Of a stretch of 64,000 nt of DNA, positions 1-18,403 are shown piece by piece (position 1 is the stretch's first letter; every line of letters begins with the position of its first letter). Made by a program: the position numbers and the translations under genes. Source of the stretch: the human T2T-CHM13v2.0 reference genome, Homo sapiens; NCBI RefSeq assembly GCF_009914755.1, contig NC_060927.1; one strand, 5' to 3'. Under the pieces are notes generated by a model. The model was not told where the DNA came from and did no database searches. It saw nothing but the letters and a program-made list of their open reading frames with translations.

Positions 1-3000
1 TTCTGTGAAATTGTCATTAGTATTTTGATAGGGGTGGCATTGAATCTGTAGATTGCTTTAGGTAGTATAGACATTTTGACAATATTGATTCTTTCAGTAC
101 ATTAACATGGAATATTTTTCCATTTTTTGTGTCCTCTTCAATTTCTTGCATCAAAGTTTTGTGTTTTTATTGTGGAGATCTTTTACTTCTTCAGTTAAGT
201 TTATTCTGAGATATTTTATTTTTTGTCACCATTGTAAATGGAATTTTAAAAATTTGGTTAGATTTTTCACTGTTAGCCCATAGAAATTCTACTGATTTTT
301 GTATGTTGATTTTTTGTTTTGCTTTTTTTTTACTGGGAGATTTTTTTTTGACAGGTTTGATCTTGTTACTTTCATTGGTATGTTCAGTTTTTTTTAATTT
401 CTTCATGGTTTAATCTTGGTACATTGTATATGACTAGGAATTCATCTATTTTGTCTAGGTTTTCAAGTTTATTGAAATATAGTTGTTCATAGTATCCACT
501 AATAAAGTTTTGAATTTATGTGATATTGGTTGTAATATCTCCATTTTTATTTCTGATTTTTATTAATTTGGGTTTTCTATTTTTTTTCATCTGGCTAAAG
601 ATATGTCGATCTTGTTTATCTTTTCGAAAAAACACGATTTTGTTTATCTTTTCATTTCATTGATCTTATATATTGTAATATTTACATTTTGATTTGTTTA
701 TTTCTGCTCTGATCTTTACTGTTACTTTTCTTCTAACATTGGGTTTGGATTTCTTTCACTTTTCTAGTTGCATTATTAGATGCATTATTAGATTATTTGA
801 AGTTTTCCTGTACTTTTAGATGTAGGTAATTATAGCAATAAACTTTCATCTTAGTACTGCTTTTTCTATATTCCATAGGCTTTTGCTACATTCCATAGGT
901 ATTCCACAGGGTTTTTATTTGTTTTTATTATAATTTGTTTCAAATATGTTAAATTTTTATCTTAATTTCCTCATTGGCCCACTGTCTTTCATGAACTTAT
1001 CATTTAATTTCCATGTGTTTGTATAGTTTCAAAGTTACTTTTTGATTCCTAGCTTTATTTTATAGTTGCCAGATATTTGGATGTGATTTTATTATTTTAT
1101 TTTTTTGAAGATTTGTTTGGTGGTGTAACATATTGGCTATCCTTCAGAATGATTCATGTCCTCAGGAGAAGAATGTGTGTTTTGCAGCCAATGGTAAAAA
1201 TGTTCTGTAAATATTCCTTATGTCCATTTGTTCTGCAGTGTAGATTAAGTCCCATGTGTCTTTGTTGATTTTCTGTCTGGATGATCTGTATCTGCTGATT
1301 GAAATCTACAGCTATTATTGTATTGGTGTCTCTCTCTTTAGCTCTAATAATATTTGTTTTATGTATCTGGGTGCTCCATCGTTGAGTACATACCTACTTA
1401 CAATTGTTATATTATCTTGCTGAATTCGCCACTTTATAATTATACAATAACTTTTTTTTTGTTTTTATATTTTTTTGTCTTGAAATCTATTTTGTCTGAT
1501 ATAAGTATACATACTCCTGCCCTTTTTTGGTTTCCATTTGCATGGAATATCTCTTTCTATCTCTTTATTTTCAGTGTATGTGTGTCTTTATAGATGAAGT
1601 GTTTCTTGTAGGTAACAGATCACTGGGTATTGTTTTTTATCCATTTAATCACTCTATGTCTTTTGATGGGAGAGTTTAGTCTATTTACAATCATTGTTAT
1701 TGATAAGTGATGACTTATTCCTACCATTTTGTTATTTGTTTTCTGGGTGTTTTGTCGTCTCCTCTTCCCATTTTCCTTTCTTTCTGCCTTTCTTTTAGCA
1801 GGGTATTAATACTTCAATTGCTATCTCTTCTTCCTCTTTAAGGCCAATACCTCTTAGATTTTTTCCCTGTGGAGGCTACTTTCTAGACAGTAGGCATGTT
1901 TAATTCTTTTTACTTCTTTATGCTTTTGTCCCTCCTTACTACTTTTCTTTCTTCTTACTATGTATTTTTCATCAGCCTATCTTCAAGCTCTCTAATTCTG
2001 TCTTCTGCTTGGTAATTTCTGCTTCCACTCAAAGTATTATCTTGGATTTCATTGAGCTTCCTCAAATCAGCTATCTTGAGTTCTCTGTCTGAAATGTCAC
2101 ATATTTCTGACCCCACCCTCTGGATTTTGTCACTTGTGCATTATTAAATTCATATGGTGAGGACATGTTTTTCTGGATGGTCTTGATGTTTGTTGGTGTC
2201 TGGGCATTGAGGAGTTAGGTATTACCTGTAGTCTTCACAGTCTGGGCTTGTTTGGATCCATTCTTCTTGGGAAGGCTTTCCAATATTCAAAGGACTTTAG
2301 TGGGTGGTTTCATTTTTTAGTCACTACAGGTTCATTTGCTTTAGTTTTTACCCCAAGTCTGGTAATGTTGTATTGCAGATTCACAGAAGTATCACCTATG
2401 TGGTATCGGTTAGAATCTGAAAGAATTCTCTTGATTACCATGCAAAGATTCTTGTTCCCTTCCTTTACTTACTTTCCTCTAGACAGATATGCTGTGTGTA
2501 CTGAGCTCTCCAGAGCTGGAAAATGGGTGGCACGACCACTCTTGTGGCCGTCACCACTAGGACTGTTGTCATAGCTGAAGCTGGCACAGCACTGGGTCAT
2601 ACCTAATGTCCACAGCAACCACTGCCTGGCTACTGCCTATGTTTACTCAATTGCTAAAGGCTCTACAGTCAGCAAGTGGCTAAATAAACCATGCTTTTGT
2701 CATTCCTTTAGTACGGCAAGATTCCACCAGCCTAGTGGGTCTGAAGATGCTGTCCAGGAGCTAGGCTTGGAGTCAAAAACCTTAGGAATCTACCTGGTGC
2801 TCTATTCTACTGCGGCTAAGCTGGCACTCAAGCCACAAGACAAAGTTCTTCCCACTAATTCTTCCCCTTTCCTAAGGCAGAAAAGTTTTCCCCATGGCCA
2901 CCACACTCAAGGCCTATGTAAGTACTGCCTGGCTACTGCCGACGTTTGCTCAAGGCCCAGTGGTTCTTTAGTCAGCTTGTGGTGAATGCTGTCAGTCATG

Positions 3001-4100
3001 ATTCTCTCCCTTTAGGGAACTGGGCTTCCCTGTGGCCCAGGGCATGTCTAAAAGTGCCATTCAGAAGCAAAGGCCTGGAATTAAGGACCCCAGGAACTCC
3101 CTTGGTGTTCAAACCCACCGTGGCAGAGCTGGTACTCAAACTACAAGACAAAATTGATTTTACTCCCTCCTCTCCTTTTCTGAATCAGAAGGGGTCTTTT
3201 CCTGAAGTCATCACAGCTAGGAATGTGCTGGATCACCAGTGAAACCAGCACTGCTCTGATTCTTACCAAAGTCCTACAACAAGTACTGCCTGACAACCAC
3301 TACTGATTACTGAGGGCCTATGGGCTCTATAGTCAGCAGGTAATACATTCTGCCAGGATGAAGTCCTTCCCTTCAAGGCAATGGATTCCCTTCTGGCGTA
3401 GAGTGTGTTTAAAAATGTTGTCCAGGAGGTAGGGTTGGAATGGGTACCTTGGGACTCTGCCTGGTGCCCTATTCTACTGTGGCTGAGCTTGTAACTAATT
3501 TGCAAGACAAAATCCTCTTTAATCTCCCCTCTTGTCTTCTCTCGCCTCCTCTCTTCTCCTCAAGTAGACCGAATGAGTCTCTCCTGGAACTGTGAGCTTC
3601 ACTGCCTGGGGTTGGAAAAAGTGTGATGCAAGCACTTCCTTGTCTGCCCTGGTTGATATCTCACTTGGTCATGTGTACCCTAAGTCTACTGGCTCTGAGT
3701 CCAGCACAGCACCAGGAATTGCCCAGGAATTGTAGTCCTTGTTGTTTAGACTGCCTGTCAAGTTTATTTAGAACCCCATGGCACTTTAGTTCAAGGTGGT
3801 GTGGCTTGCTGATACTCAGGTTCTGACAACTAGGATGGAGGATTCCCCTCTGCCTAAGGCTGGTCTAAGTGTTTCCTTCATGGTTACTGGCTGAGTTCTG
3901 CCCTATGTTGCTATCTGCTATAATAGGGCAGCAATGAGTTCCAAAGATAATCCAATAATAACTGCTCTCTCTCTTCTGCAAATACACAGATTTTCTTTCT
4001 GGACCACAGAGATTCTGTCAGGGGTAGTAGAAGGGTGGTGTAGATGATACAAGATGATCTTTTTTACCCAAGGCTGTTTTTTCTATCCTCTTCAGTTCCT
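1..4100 (-). mobile_element. Old LINE-1 (L1MA/L1M2-like) with internal deletions; 3' part lies outside the window
   Basis: Antisense ORF2-like sequence (gcattgaatctgtagattgcttt; ttttggtttccatttgcatggaatatc), ORF1-like region at about 1900-2200, then a GC-richer 5' UTR with three ~310-360 bp repeat units that is homologous to 30280-31700. Confidence 0.85.
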
Positions 4101-4739
4101 CTGAGTAACTACAGAATCCTTTGAAAGAAACAATTCTGAGTATTATTGTCTAGAACTTTCAAAAATTATAAGCAAAAAATGAGAATGCATTGGAAGGATC
4201 TTGGTGTATTTTCTCTTATTCAATGTGAGGGAATAAATAGCGTTCTGGAAAATAAGGAATTTTAAAAAATGCGGGGAAATTGAGAGATAGCTATAAAGCT
4301 AAGAAGTTCTGCCATCGATTTGATACAAGACTTAATTCTGCATTCTCTGGGCCTCACTCAAATTCTCAGATAAAGAGGAATTGACTTCTTTAGATGATGT
4401 ATTCATTTCAGTTCAGACATCTATACTTGGGGAAGGGAAAAGGTTAGATAGCAGAACCTGGTTGCCAGTGACAGCAGTTTGCTAACTGGAGGAGCTAAGG
4501 CCAAAACTAAATATCTACCTTCTACAGAGTCTATGGAGAAAGATTGTATTGAGATGTCACTGGGTAAAATATTGTTAATCATGTATACTTCCTCTTTGCA
4601 AGCTAAATTTTAATCAATTAATTTTTATTATCTATTTTAGTTTATAGATTTACTGAAAACACTAAATTGTGTTTTTGTTCCATATGTAAAATTTTCTTAG
4701 AGATTATCTCATTTTCTCCCCAATTTCTCTACTTCTCTG

Positions 4740-4817
4740 TTGAATATAAATTCCATCAATAACATTTTCTGTATTCAATTGAATATAAATTCCATCAATA
4801 ACATTTTCTGTATTCAA
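4740..4817. repeat. Perfect 39-bp tandem duplication
   Basis: ttgaatataaattccatcaataacattttctgtattcaa at 4740-4778 and 4779-4817. Confidence 0.95.
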
Positions 4818-5879
4818 GACATATCAGTTCTGTTTTTTCTTCAGAGACTCATCAGTTTGCAAGCTCCATCTACCTGCTTGTATCAGCCCTGTTAGATCAC
4901 TAGGACTACTGCTCAGTTGCCATAAGAAAATTCCTTGATATTTCATCCTAAGGTTTCTTGTTGTTCCCATTTATGCAGAAACCTGTAGAACTCTGTTTAG
5001 AACAATTATCTCTTATTTCCTGAATTCTGTGATTTATCTTACAGTTTAAATACAAGGTGAAGTGGACATTTAGTCAGGTTTCATAGTAGATCAATTTTTG
5101 TTTAAATTTTAATAAGTCTTTATTTTAATTTTTGAATGGGTAAAGAATTTGGAGTTGAAAATAACTTTCGGCCAGAATATCTAAGGCGTTATTTTGTTGA
5201 GTTATCATTTTTATTTTATCAATTTTTATAAACTACTAATCATTTTGTTTGTATAACATAAAATGCTTTACACTTTTTTGGATGTGAGTCATAAAAGATA
5301 CTACGTCCAAGGAAAATATAACAGATAATGAAATCAGATTATCTGAACCATGGTCTGAAGATCAAGCAATAAGTACGCTTTGCACAATGCTTTTTAACAA
5401 GATATTACTTTATCTAGATATGTTAACTTTATGTGCAGTATACAGTCCTTTTTTTCCCAGAAACAGCATCAAATAAATATTGTTTTATTATATCCAATAG
5501 GTTGTATTTTTATCATAAAGTGTTACAAATGCAAAACATTAAGAAGTAGGCCAGATATTAAATTTAAAAATCAACCAAGGAAGATGACATCCAAGTAATA
5601 ACAGCTATGGAAAGAGAAAGCAGATAATAGCATAGCGAAGGGAATGTACAGAGAAAGGGTCATTTGTTGTAACTTTGAGAAAAGCAGAGATGATAAATAC
5701 GACCTCCGTATCTTTGTCCCTAAATCTTTCCTTTTTATTGGTGGGTATTGGGGGGTGGTTCTCTATGATTAGCTATATCCATTCCCTAGCTTATGACAGA
5801 AACTAGAGAGTTGATACCTATTGCTAGGTGCTAGGACATATAAATTCTGTCTTTTACTTCTTTCTAAATTATCTAATTG

Positions 5880-6548
5880 TATATACCCACCTGGTAACCA
5901 ACCCCAATTCAAGCCATCATCCTATTGCAACAAATAATGACATATTTTCCTAAATGTCATTTTTGCAACAGTTATTTCCTCTAATTATTATTATTCTTGT
6001 TCTAAATAAGTATTATTTCAAGATACTAGTAAATCTGCATGCTCTTAATATACAGCCTAATTTTTCTAGAACACCTCACAATGCTTTTGTTATATAAAAG
6101 GCATAAGCTCTAAATGACAAGACTTTCAGCATAGTATTTCTTGCCTTCCTCAGTGCTCACATTCCAACTCTACATAGTAACTTACAAATCTCTGAATGTT
6201 TCATGATCTATCTCATCTCTTTGCTTTAACTATGACTGTCCCATACCTGTGACTTGATATATCTTACCTCATTCCTCTTGTTTAGGCTAACTCCTATTTT
6301 TAGTTATCTTTCAATTAAATTGTTAGTCCTCCAGAAAGCCTTCAAGATAATTATACTCTGGGCTTTGAGAGCATGCTTCACTTGCCCAAAGTAACTTTGC
6401 TTATATTTTAATTGTAATTTTCCACAGTATTAGTTCCACTAAATTGTGAGTCATTTGAAGGTAAAAACTGTATTTACTTCATCTTGGACTAATAGCAAGT
6501 AGACACTTGACACAAGTGGATGTGAAAGAAATGTGTGTTGAATTAATA
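5880..6548 (+). mobile_element. Degenerate L2 3' fragment
   Basis: L2-like motifs (ccactaaattgtgagtcatttgaaggtaaaaactgt...aaatgtgtgttgaattaa); boundaries approximate. Confidence 0.5.
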
Positions 6549-9113
6549 TGCAGATAAAACATTGGGAACATTTTCAAAATTTTTCCTTGATTATAGAAAG
6601 GAAACATTTGACAGGCAGGCAGAATAGCAAAATTTTGGCTTCAGTATTATGATAAGGCTAAATGCAGCTCCTGAAAATAATAGTAATAAGATTAATGTAT
6701 ATAATAACATCTCTAAATGACTTAGTTATGTTTTAGCATTTAGTTCTAGAACTTTTCCTTGACATTATATATAATCTGAAAGATATTGGCTTTTTTATAA
6801 AAGCAGAAATTAGTAATTCAGCAAATGTCTGAAGAATGAATATACCTTGCTTAAATTAAAGCTAAATTAATTTCAGTATATGTAACTTAGAAAAATGTTA
6901 CTTGTTTTAGGAAAAATGCTTTGAATAATGTTGATCAGCTGTTTTCAGCCATCTGATGATAATGTAGAGCAATTAGTAAATAAACCCTTTTGGGAGAGTT
7001 TATTCTATGTTTTTATAAAATATATTTAATACATTTAAAATTATTGGAGACATTTTTACATAAACACACAAAAAATATTATTTAGGAAAATAGCTGTATA
7101 GGTTGAAATCTATTAGTTCAACATAGAGCTGCTCTGATCAATCCCACTAACAAAACAAAACAATACAATTTCTTAAGCATGTCCAAGTGAACTTGACATT
7201 TGAAAAGTTTTTGAAAGATGTTTTATTTTATCTTTTTTTGTCTGTTCTTTCATCTCTGATATCTGTTGTAGTATGAGCTGAAAATGTTAAAGTGATTCTG
7301 TAAATGAATATAAAATTTGCAATTTTGTTTGTATATGAAACACTTAATATTTTCAAGATATTGTAGCCAAGCAGTAATTACTCACAGTACTAGTCGCATA
7401 AAAACATTGACATCTTGCTGTGGATTACTCATTTCACTAAATGACACAAAGTGTTCCCACTGTTAGCTCATAGTGTTTACACAACAGATGTACTTCAAAA
7501 AGTTAAAATTATCTTACCTACCAAAAGAAATTTTATGTTAGAGATTATATAACAGTTTTGCAGATAATTTTAAAGTTTGCTTATTTAATCAGACAGTAAA
7601 ATAACTTCAGAATTGAATAAAACATTAAATAAATAACCTCTAATTTTTTTTCAAGTCTTGAGATTCTCTGTGATATTTGTAAATACCATATAAAGGAACT
7701 TAAATTCTAGCAAGGTCCTCAAGAACCTTTTCAGTTTTACACTTAAGGCAAAAATAAAAAAACTTTGCAAGAATTTTCATTTCTTTTTTTCTGGCCTTCC
7801 CAACAGTCATACATACATGTAAAAGTCAATGAAATTTTGTCCTTCTTTGTGCCTAGGAGAAAGCAGAAGGTTTCTATTATTTCTTCTCAACTTTGAGCCC
7901 TAGATTTTCCAGTAAATACTGAGGGACCTACTATGTACTACTAAGTAATTTTAAGATATTTTTGTTATTAAAGCTGTTATTCCAATTATTCCAACACCAT
8001 TTGTTGAATAGGGTGTCCTTTCCCCACTTTAAGGTTTTTTTTGTTTTTTGGTTTTGTTTTGTTTTGTTTTCTTTTCTTTGTCAAATATCAGTTTACTGTA
8101 AGTATTTGGCTTTATTTCTGGGTTTTCTATTCTGTTTCATTGGTTGGTATGCCTGTTTTTTATACCAGTATTATGCTGTTTTGGTGACTATGGCCTTATA
8201 GTATAGTTTGAAGTCAGGTAATGTGATGCATCCAGATTTGTTCTTTTTGCTTAGTCTTGCTTTGGTTATGCAGGCTCTTTTCTAGTTCTGTATAAATTTT
8301 AGAATTTTTTTCTAGTTTTGTGAAGAAGGATGGTAGTAGTTTGATAAGAACTGCATTGAATTCATAGATTGCTTTTTGCAGTATGGTCATTTTCACATTA
8401 TTGATTCTACCCATCTATAAGCATGGGATGTTTTTCAATTTGTTTGTGTTTTCTATGATTTCTTTCAGCACTGTTTTTTAGTTTTCCTTGTAGAGGTCTT
8501 TCACCTCCTTGGTTATATGTATTGGAAGTGTTTTTTTTTCATTTGTTTGTTTGTTTTGTTTTGTTTTGTTTTTGCAGCTATTGTAAAAGGGGTTGTGTTT
8601 TTTATTTGATTCTCACCTTCGGTGCTGTTGATTTAGACCACGGCTACTGATTTGTGTACATTAATTTTGTATCCTGAACTTTACTGAATTCATTGACCAG
8701 TTTTAGGAGCTTTTTGCCTAAGTCTTTAGGATTTTTAAAGTATACAATCATGTGATTGACAAACAGGGCCAATTCGATTTCCTCTTTACCAATTAGAGTG
8801 TCCTTTATTTCTTTTGTCTGATCACTTTGGCTAGGACTTCCAGCACTATGTTGCATAGTAGTGGTGAGAGTGGGCATCCCTGTCTTGTTCCAGGTCTCAG
8901 AGGGAACGCTTTTAACCTTTCCCCATCAGTATAATGTTGGTTGTGGGTTTGGCATAGATGGCTTTTATTACTTTTAGGTACTTCTCTTCTATGCTAATTT
9001 GTATCACATTTATTAAATTGTGTATGTTAAACTGCCCCTGTATCCCTGGTATAAAACCCACTTGATATACTGGCTTATCTTTTTGATATGCTGTTGGATT
9101 TGGTTGACTGCTA

Positions 9114-9187
9114 TTATGTTGGTGCAAATGTAATTGGAGATTTTGCCATAAATGACAAAAACTGCAATTACATTTGCACAAACCTAA
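9114..9187. mobile_element. MADE1 (Hsmar1-derived MITE)
   Basis: Palindromic TIRs ttatgttggtgcaaatgtaattg / caattacatttgcacaaacctaa, flanked by TA at 9112-9113 and 9188-9189. Confidence 0.92.
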
Positions 9188-9501
9188 TATTTTGCTGAGG
9201 ATTTTTGGATCTATGTTCAACAGGGATATTGCTCTGTAGTTTACTTGTTTTCTTTTTTTTTCTTTTTTTTTTAATTTTTATTTTTATTTTATTATTATTA
9301 TACTTTAAGTTTTAGGGTACATGTGCACAATGTGCAGGTTAGTTACATATGCATACATGTGCCATGTTGGTGTGCTGCACCCAGTAACTCTTCATTTAGC
9401 ATTAGGTATATCCCCTAAAGCTATCCCTCCCCCCTCCCCCAACCCCACAACAGTCCCCAGAGTGTGATGTTACCCTTCCTGTGTCCATGTGTTCTCATTG
9501 T

Positions 9502-13318
<3,817 letters not shown>

Positions 13319-13381
13319 TATGATGTTAGCTGGTTATTTTGCTCGTTAGTTGGTGCAGTTTCTTCCTAGCCTCGATGGTCT

Positions 13382-13583
13382 TTACAATTTGGCATGATTT
13401 TGCAGTGGCTGGTACCGGTTGTTCCTTTCCATGTTTAGTGCTTCCTTCAGGAGCTCTTTTAGGGCAGGCCTGGTGGTGACAAAATCTCTCAGCATTTGCT
13501 TGTCTGTAAAGTATTTTATTTCTCCTTCATTTATGAAGCTTAGTTGGGCTGGATATGAAATTCTGGGTTGAAAATTCTTTTCT
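13382..13583 (-). pseudogene. L1 ORF1 C-terminal part (non-inverted segment)
   Basis: KNFQPRISYPAQLSF...YQPLQNHAKL within ORF 13382-13645. Confidence 0.9.
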
Positions 13584-13768
13584 GCAGACACCGCTGCTGG
13601 TACCCAGGCAAACAAGGTCTGGAATAGACCTCTAGCAAACTCCAACAGACCTGCAGCTGAGGGTCCTTTCCGTTAGAAGGAGAACTAACAAACAGAAAGG
13701 ACATCCACACCAAAAACCCATCTGTACATCACCATCATCGAAGACCAAAAGTAGATAAAACCACAAAG

Positions 13769-14584
13769 ATGGGGAAAAAACAGAGCAGAAAAACTGGAAA
13801 CTCTAAAAAGCAGAGTGCCTCTCCTCCTCCAAAGGAACGCAGCTGCTCACTGGCAATGGAACAAAGCTGGATGGAGAATGACTTTGACGAGTTGAGAGAA
13901 GAAGGCTTCAGACGATCAAACTACTCCGAGCTACAGGAGGAAATTCAAACCAAAGGCAAAGAAGTTGAAAACTTTGAAAAAAAATTTAGACAAATGTATA
14001 ACTAGAATAACCAATACAGAGAAGTGCTTAAAGGAGCTGATGGAGCTGAAAGCCAAGGCTCGAGAACTATGTGAAGAATGCAGAAGCCTCAGGAGCCGAT
14101 GCAATCAACTGGAAGAAAGGGTTTCAGTGATGGAAGATGAAATGAATGAAATGAAGTGAGAAGGGAAGTTTAGAGAAAAAAGAATAAAAAGAAACGAACA
14201 AAGCCTCCAAGAAATGTGGGACTATGTGAAAAGACCAAATCTACGTCTGATTGGTGTACCTGAAAGTGACGGGGAGAATGGAACCAAGTTGGAAAACACT
14301 GCAGGATATTATCCAGGAGAACTTTCCCAATCTAGCAAGGCAGGCCAACATTCAGATTCAGGAAATACAGAGAACACCACAAAGTTACTCCTCGAGAAGA
14401 GCAACTCCAAGACACATAATTGTCAGATTCACCAAAGTTGAAATGAAGGAAAAAATGTTAAGGGCAGCCAGAGAGAAAGGTTGGGTTACCCACAAAGGGA
14501 AGCCCATCAGATTAACAGCGGATCTCTCGACAGAAACTCTACAAGCCAGAAGAGAGTGGGGGCCAATATTCAACATTCTTAAAG
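13769..14584 (+). pseudogene. L1 ORF1 N-terminal part (inverted segment), disrupted
   Basis: MGKKQSRKTGNSK..., MWDYVKRPNLRLIGVPE, ...ARREWGPIFNILK in successive frames. Confidence 0.93.
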
Positions 14585-15661
14585 TTTATTTGTTTTCTTA
14601 CATTCTTTCCTGGTTTTGGTATTGGGGTGATACTTGCTTCATAGGATAATTTAGAAAGGATTGTCTCTTTGTCTATCTGTTGGTATAGTTTCAGTAATAT
14701 TGGTACTAATTCTTTTTTGAACGTCTCTTAGAATTCAGCTGGACTCTTTTGTTGGCAATTTTTTTATTACTGTTTTAATCTCTACTTGCTGTGGGCCTGC
14801 TCAGGGTTTCTATTTCTCTTTTGTTTAACCTAAGAGGATTGTACATTTCCAGGAATTTTTCCATCTCCTGTAGGTTTTCTAGTTTGTGAGCCCAAAAGTG
14901 TTCATAGTAACTTTGAATGGTCTTTTTTATTTCTGTGGTATTAGTTGTAATATCTCCCATTTCATTTCTAATCTAGCTTATTTGGATCTTCTGTCTTCTT
15001 TTCTTGGTTAATCTTGTTAGTGGTCTATAAATGTGTTTATCTTTTCAAAACCCTGTTTTGTTTCATTTACCTTTTGTATTTTTTTTGTTTCAATTTTATT
15101 AGTTCTTTTCTGATATTTGCTATGTCTTTTCTTCTGCTGGGTTTGGGTTTGGTTTGTTCTTCTTTCTTTAATTCCTCAAGGTGTGACCTTAGATTGTCCA
15201 TTTGTGCTCTTTCAGACTTTTTATATGTGGGCATTTAATGCTGTGAACTTTTAGCACCACTTTTGCTGTATCCCAGTGGTTTTTTGTAGGTTGTGTCACT
15301 ATTATCATTCAGTTTAAAGTAGTTTTTAATTTCCATCTTGATTTCATTGTTAACTCAAAGATCATTCCGGAGCAGACTATTTAATGTCCTTGTATTTGTA
15401 TCATTTTGAGGGTCCCTTTTGTACTTAATTTCCAATTTTATTTCCCTGTGTTCTGAGAGGGTACTTGATGTAACTTTGATTTTCTTTAATTTATTCAGAT
15501 TTGTTTTGTGGCCTATCATATGCTCTATTTTGGGGAATGTTTGATGTGTTGATGAAAATAGTGTATATTCTGCATTTGTTGGGTTGGGTAGAATGTTCTT
15601 TAAATATCTGTTAAATTCATTTGCTCTAAGGAATAATTCAAGTCCATTGTTTCTTTGTTGA

Positions 15662-15963
<302 letters not shown>

Positions 15964-18403
15964 ATCTGCTTAGCCAGGATGTTGCAGGCAGTGAAGTTAA
16001 CTGACATTTTCTCTTTTCTTAAAGCAGAGTTATTTTGTCATGAGTTGCTGTAATAGCTTGAGTTGGTTGGCCTCCAGTCAGAAGGTGGCACTTACAAGAG
16101 AGCCCCAACTGTGGTAATAGAAGCCAGATATAAATTTGCCCTAAATTGGCCAAGATAAGTATTGGAGTTTCTCAGGTGATAGGCAGATACATAAAACTCT
16201 CAAGTGTTTATGTCTTTTGTGTTCGGCAACCAGGGTGGGCAGTGAAAAACCATTAGGCCGGGGCAGAGTCTGAGCTCAGGTGCTCCCTGGGCAGGGCTTG
16301 CTGCAGACACTGTGGGGGAGGCAGGGGTGGTTCTCAGGCTAATACAATTATGTTCCAAGGGGGATTATGGCTTCCTGTGCTGCATTATACAGGTCACCAG
16401 GGAGGGGGGAGGAAGCCAGCAGTGACAACCTCACCCATGCAGCCAGCAAGGCCTGTCTTATTCCCATTGCGAACCACCAACAGTGTCAAGTTTATAGACA
16501 AGCAGCCCATGTGCAGGGCTCAGAATTTGCTCTAGGCTACAAGCCTCCTCACTGAGAAAGCAAGCATGGCTTTCAGGCTTTGCCCCTCCTTACTTGCCAA
16601 TGCCATCGGCCACAGCTCCTGTGCTTCCCTGAACCACCAAATTCTGCTCAAGAAAATTCATGCTCAATTGAAATTATTACAAAGTCCCGTTGGAAGCTTC
16701 ATTTATCCTGTGACCCCTCCCTAGTTCTGCTGGCTGCCTTCCCCAAGAACCCCTATGAGATAAAGTCAGGGATGGCTTCCCTGGGCTTGAGCGGGAGACT
16801 AGGAGTGCCTCCAGTACTCCTTCCACTACTTCTTCTACTTTAATAATTTGTTTGGCTCCCTAAATCTGTTTCAGCTCTAGGTAAGTTTAAATCCTTTTCC
16901 TGTGATCCAGATTTTCAGGTTCCCCAGTAGGGATGTGTGTTTGGAGGCAGGTTTTCCCTTTTCACACTTTGGAAACTCAATTTTGAAGCAGTCTCACAGA
17001 GCTTGCAGAGGAAAACCGCATCTTTCACGAGACCTGTGAGCTGGTCTTCCTGGCACATTCCTACAGTGGTTCTTAAGGCAAAAGTTCATGGTGTAAGTCT
17101 CCACATGCTTTTCTGTTCCTCCAAGTGGAAGCTGTATGTTTGTCCTGTCTCCTATCTGCCATTTCCCCCCTTTTAGCATTTAAACAATCACATCAAGCCT
17201 CAAGTAGTAAATATCTCCTGGAAAATATTAATATTAATTTATTTACAAAATCTGTTTGAATCATAAGCTTTAGAGATGTTCAACATGTTAAAAGGTATTT
17301 TATAGTTTGTTCAGTGTTTCTAAGTCTTCCATACTCCATATTATTCCAATTTAAATTTCAGAATTGACTTACAGTATCTTATGACAATTTAAGGTTGCAT
17401 GTGTATTCTCATTTTTTATATAAATTTAAACTTCAATTTTTTTCATCAATTAAATCTCAGATCCCTAGAGTGTCAAATTTAAAATCTAGTCAAGTGAAAC
17501 CAATTAAGCAATTAAGTCTGACCACTCAGTGAACTTGTTTTTTTTTTGTTTTTTTGTTTTTTTGTTTTTTTGTTTTAGTTCAGTCTTTTCCCCTGAACTT
17601 CCAGCTTTTTCTGTTTTACTTTATTCTACTATAATGTTATGTAGGTTTTGATGTAGTTAAAAATCACCCTCAGCTATAAAGATAGACTATCACTGACCCA
17701 TGAAATCAGTATAACCCCATTACCCTTCCAGGAAATTTACCTAAACTGGTTCATAGTAAAGCTCAGGGTATATAATCAGAATAGAAAAGGGAAAGCCTTT
17801 TTCTTTGAAAATAATACTTTCAAGGTAATCCATACAAAAGCAAAAACACTCATTTTTGATTAGATATCTGAAATTGCTTCTGCCATTTTTGGGAAGTCAT
17901 CCTCAGGCCAGATCCATATGTGGAAAGTGGAAGATCTAGAAATGTGTTAGATAATTAGAATTCTTTGTTAAGTATAATGTTGGAGTCAAACCATGTTTAA
18001 ATTTAAATATACCTCTGGACTTTCTTGTTACATAGACTAACAAATTATGTTTCTTAATCAAGCCTGTTTAAGTCATTTTCTAACAATAAAATGGTTCTTA
18101 ATCTGATAAACAATTTTAAAATTGTATGGTGCTAATTACCAGAAAGTGAGTTTTTCATAAAGAAAGGTGATTAAGCCAGGTAGAATTATGTGTAGAAGAA
18201 TTAATTAAAAAATAAGTCTTTATCAAAAAAGTAGTTTCTCATTTGTGTCTAAAACAAGAACTACATATGGAAAGAAGAAGGGGTAGCACTATTACAGGAG
18301 ACATTATGTCTATGGTGCCTTTTGTTAGCATCATCTACTATTTCTTCTCTGTGTTTCAGTTATAATTGCTGTTACTCCAACCCTGGAATTAATTTGTTCT
18401 ACT

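Noticed and set aside
13382-13645. Chimeric ORF joining antisense 5' UTR to the ORF1 C-terminus
   Set aside because: By-product of the inversion junction; starts at TTG and has no evident promoter
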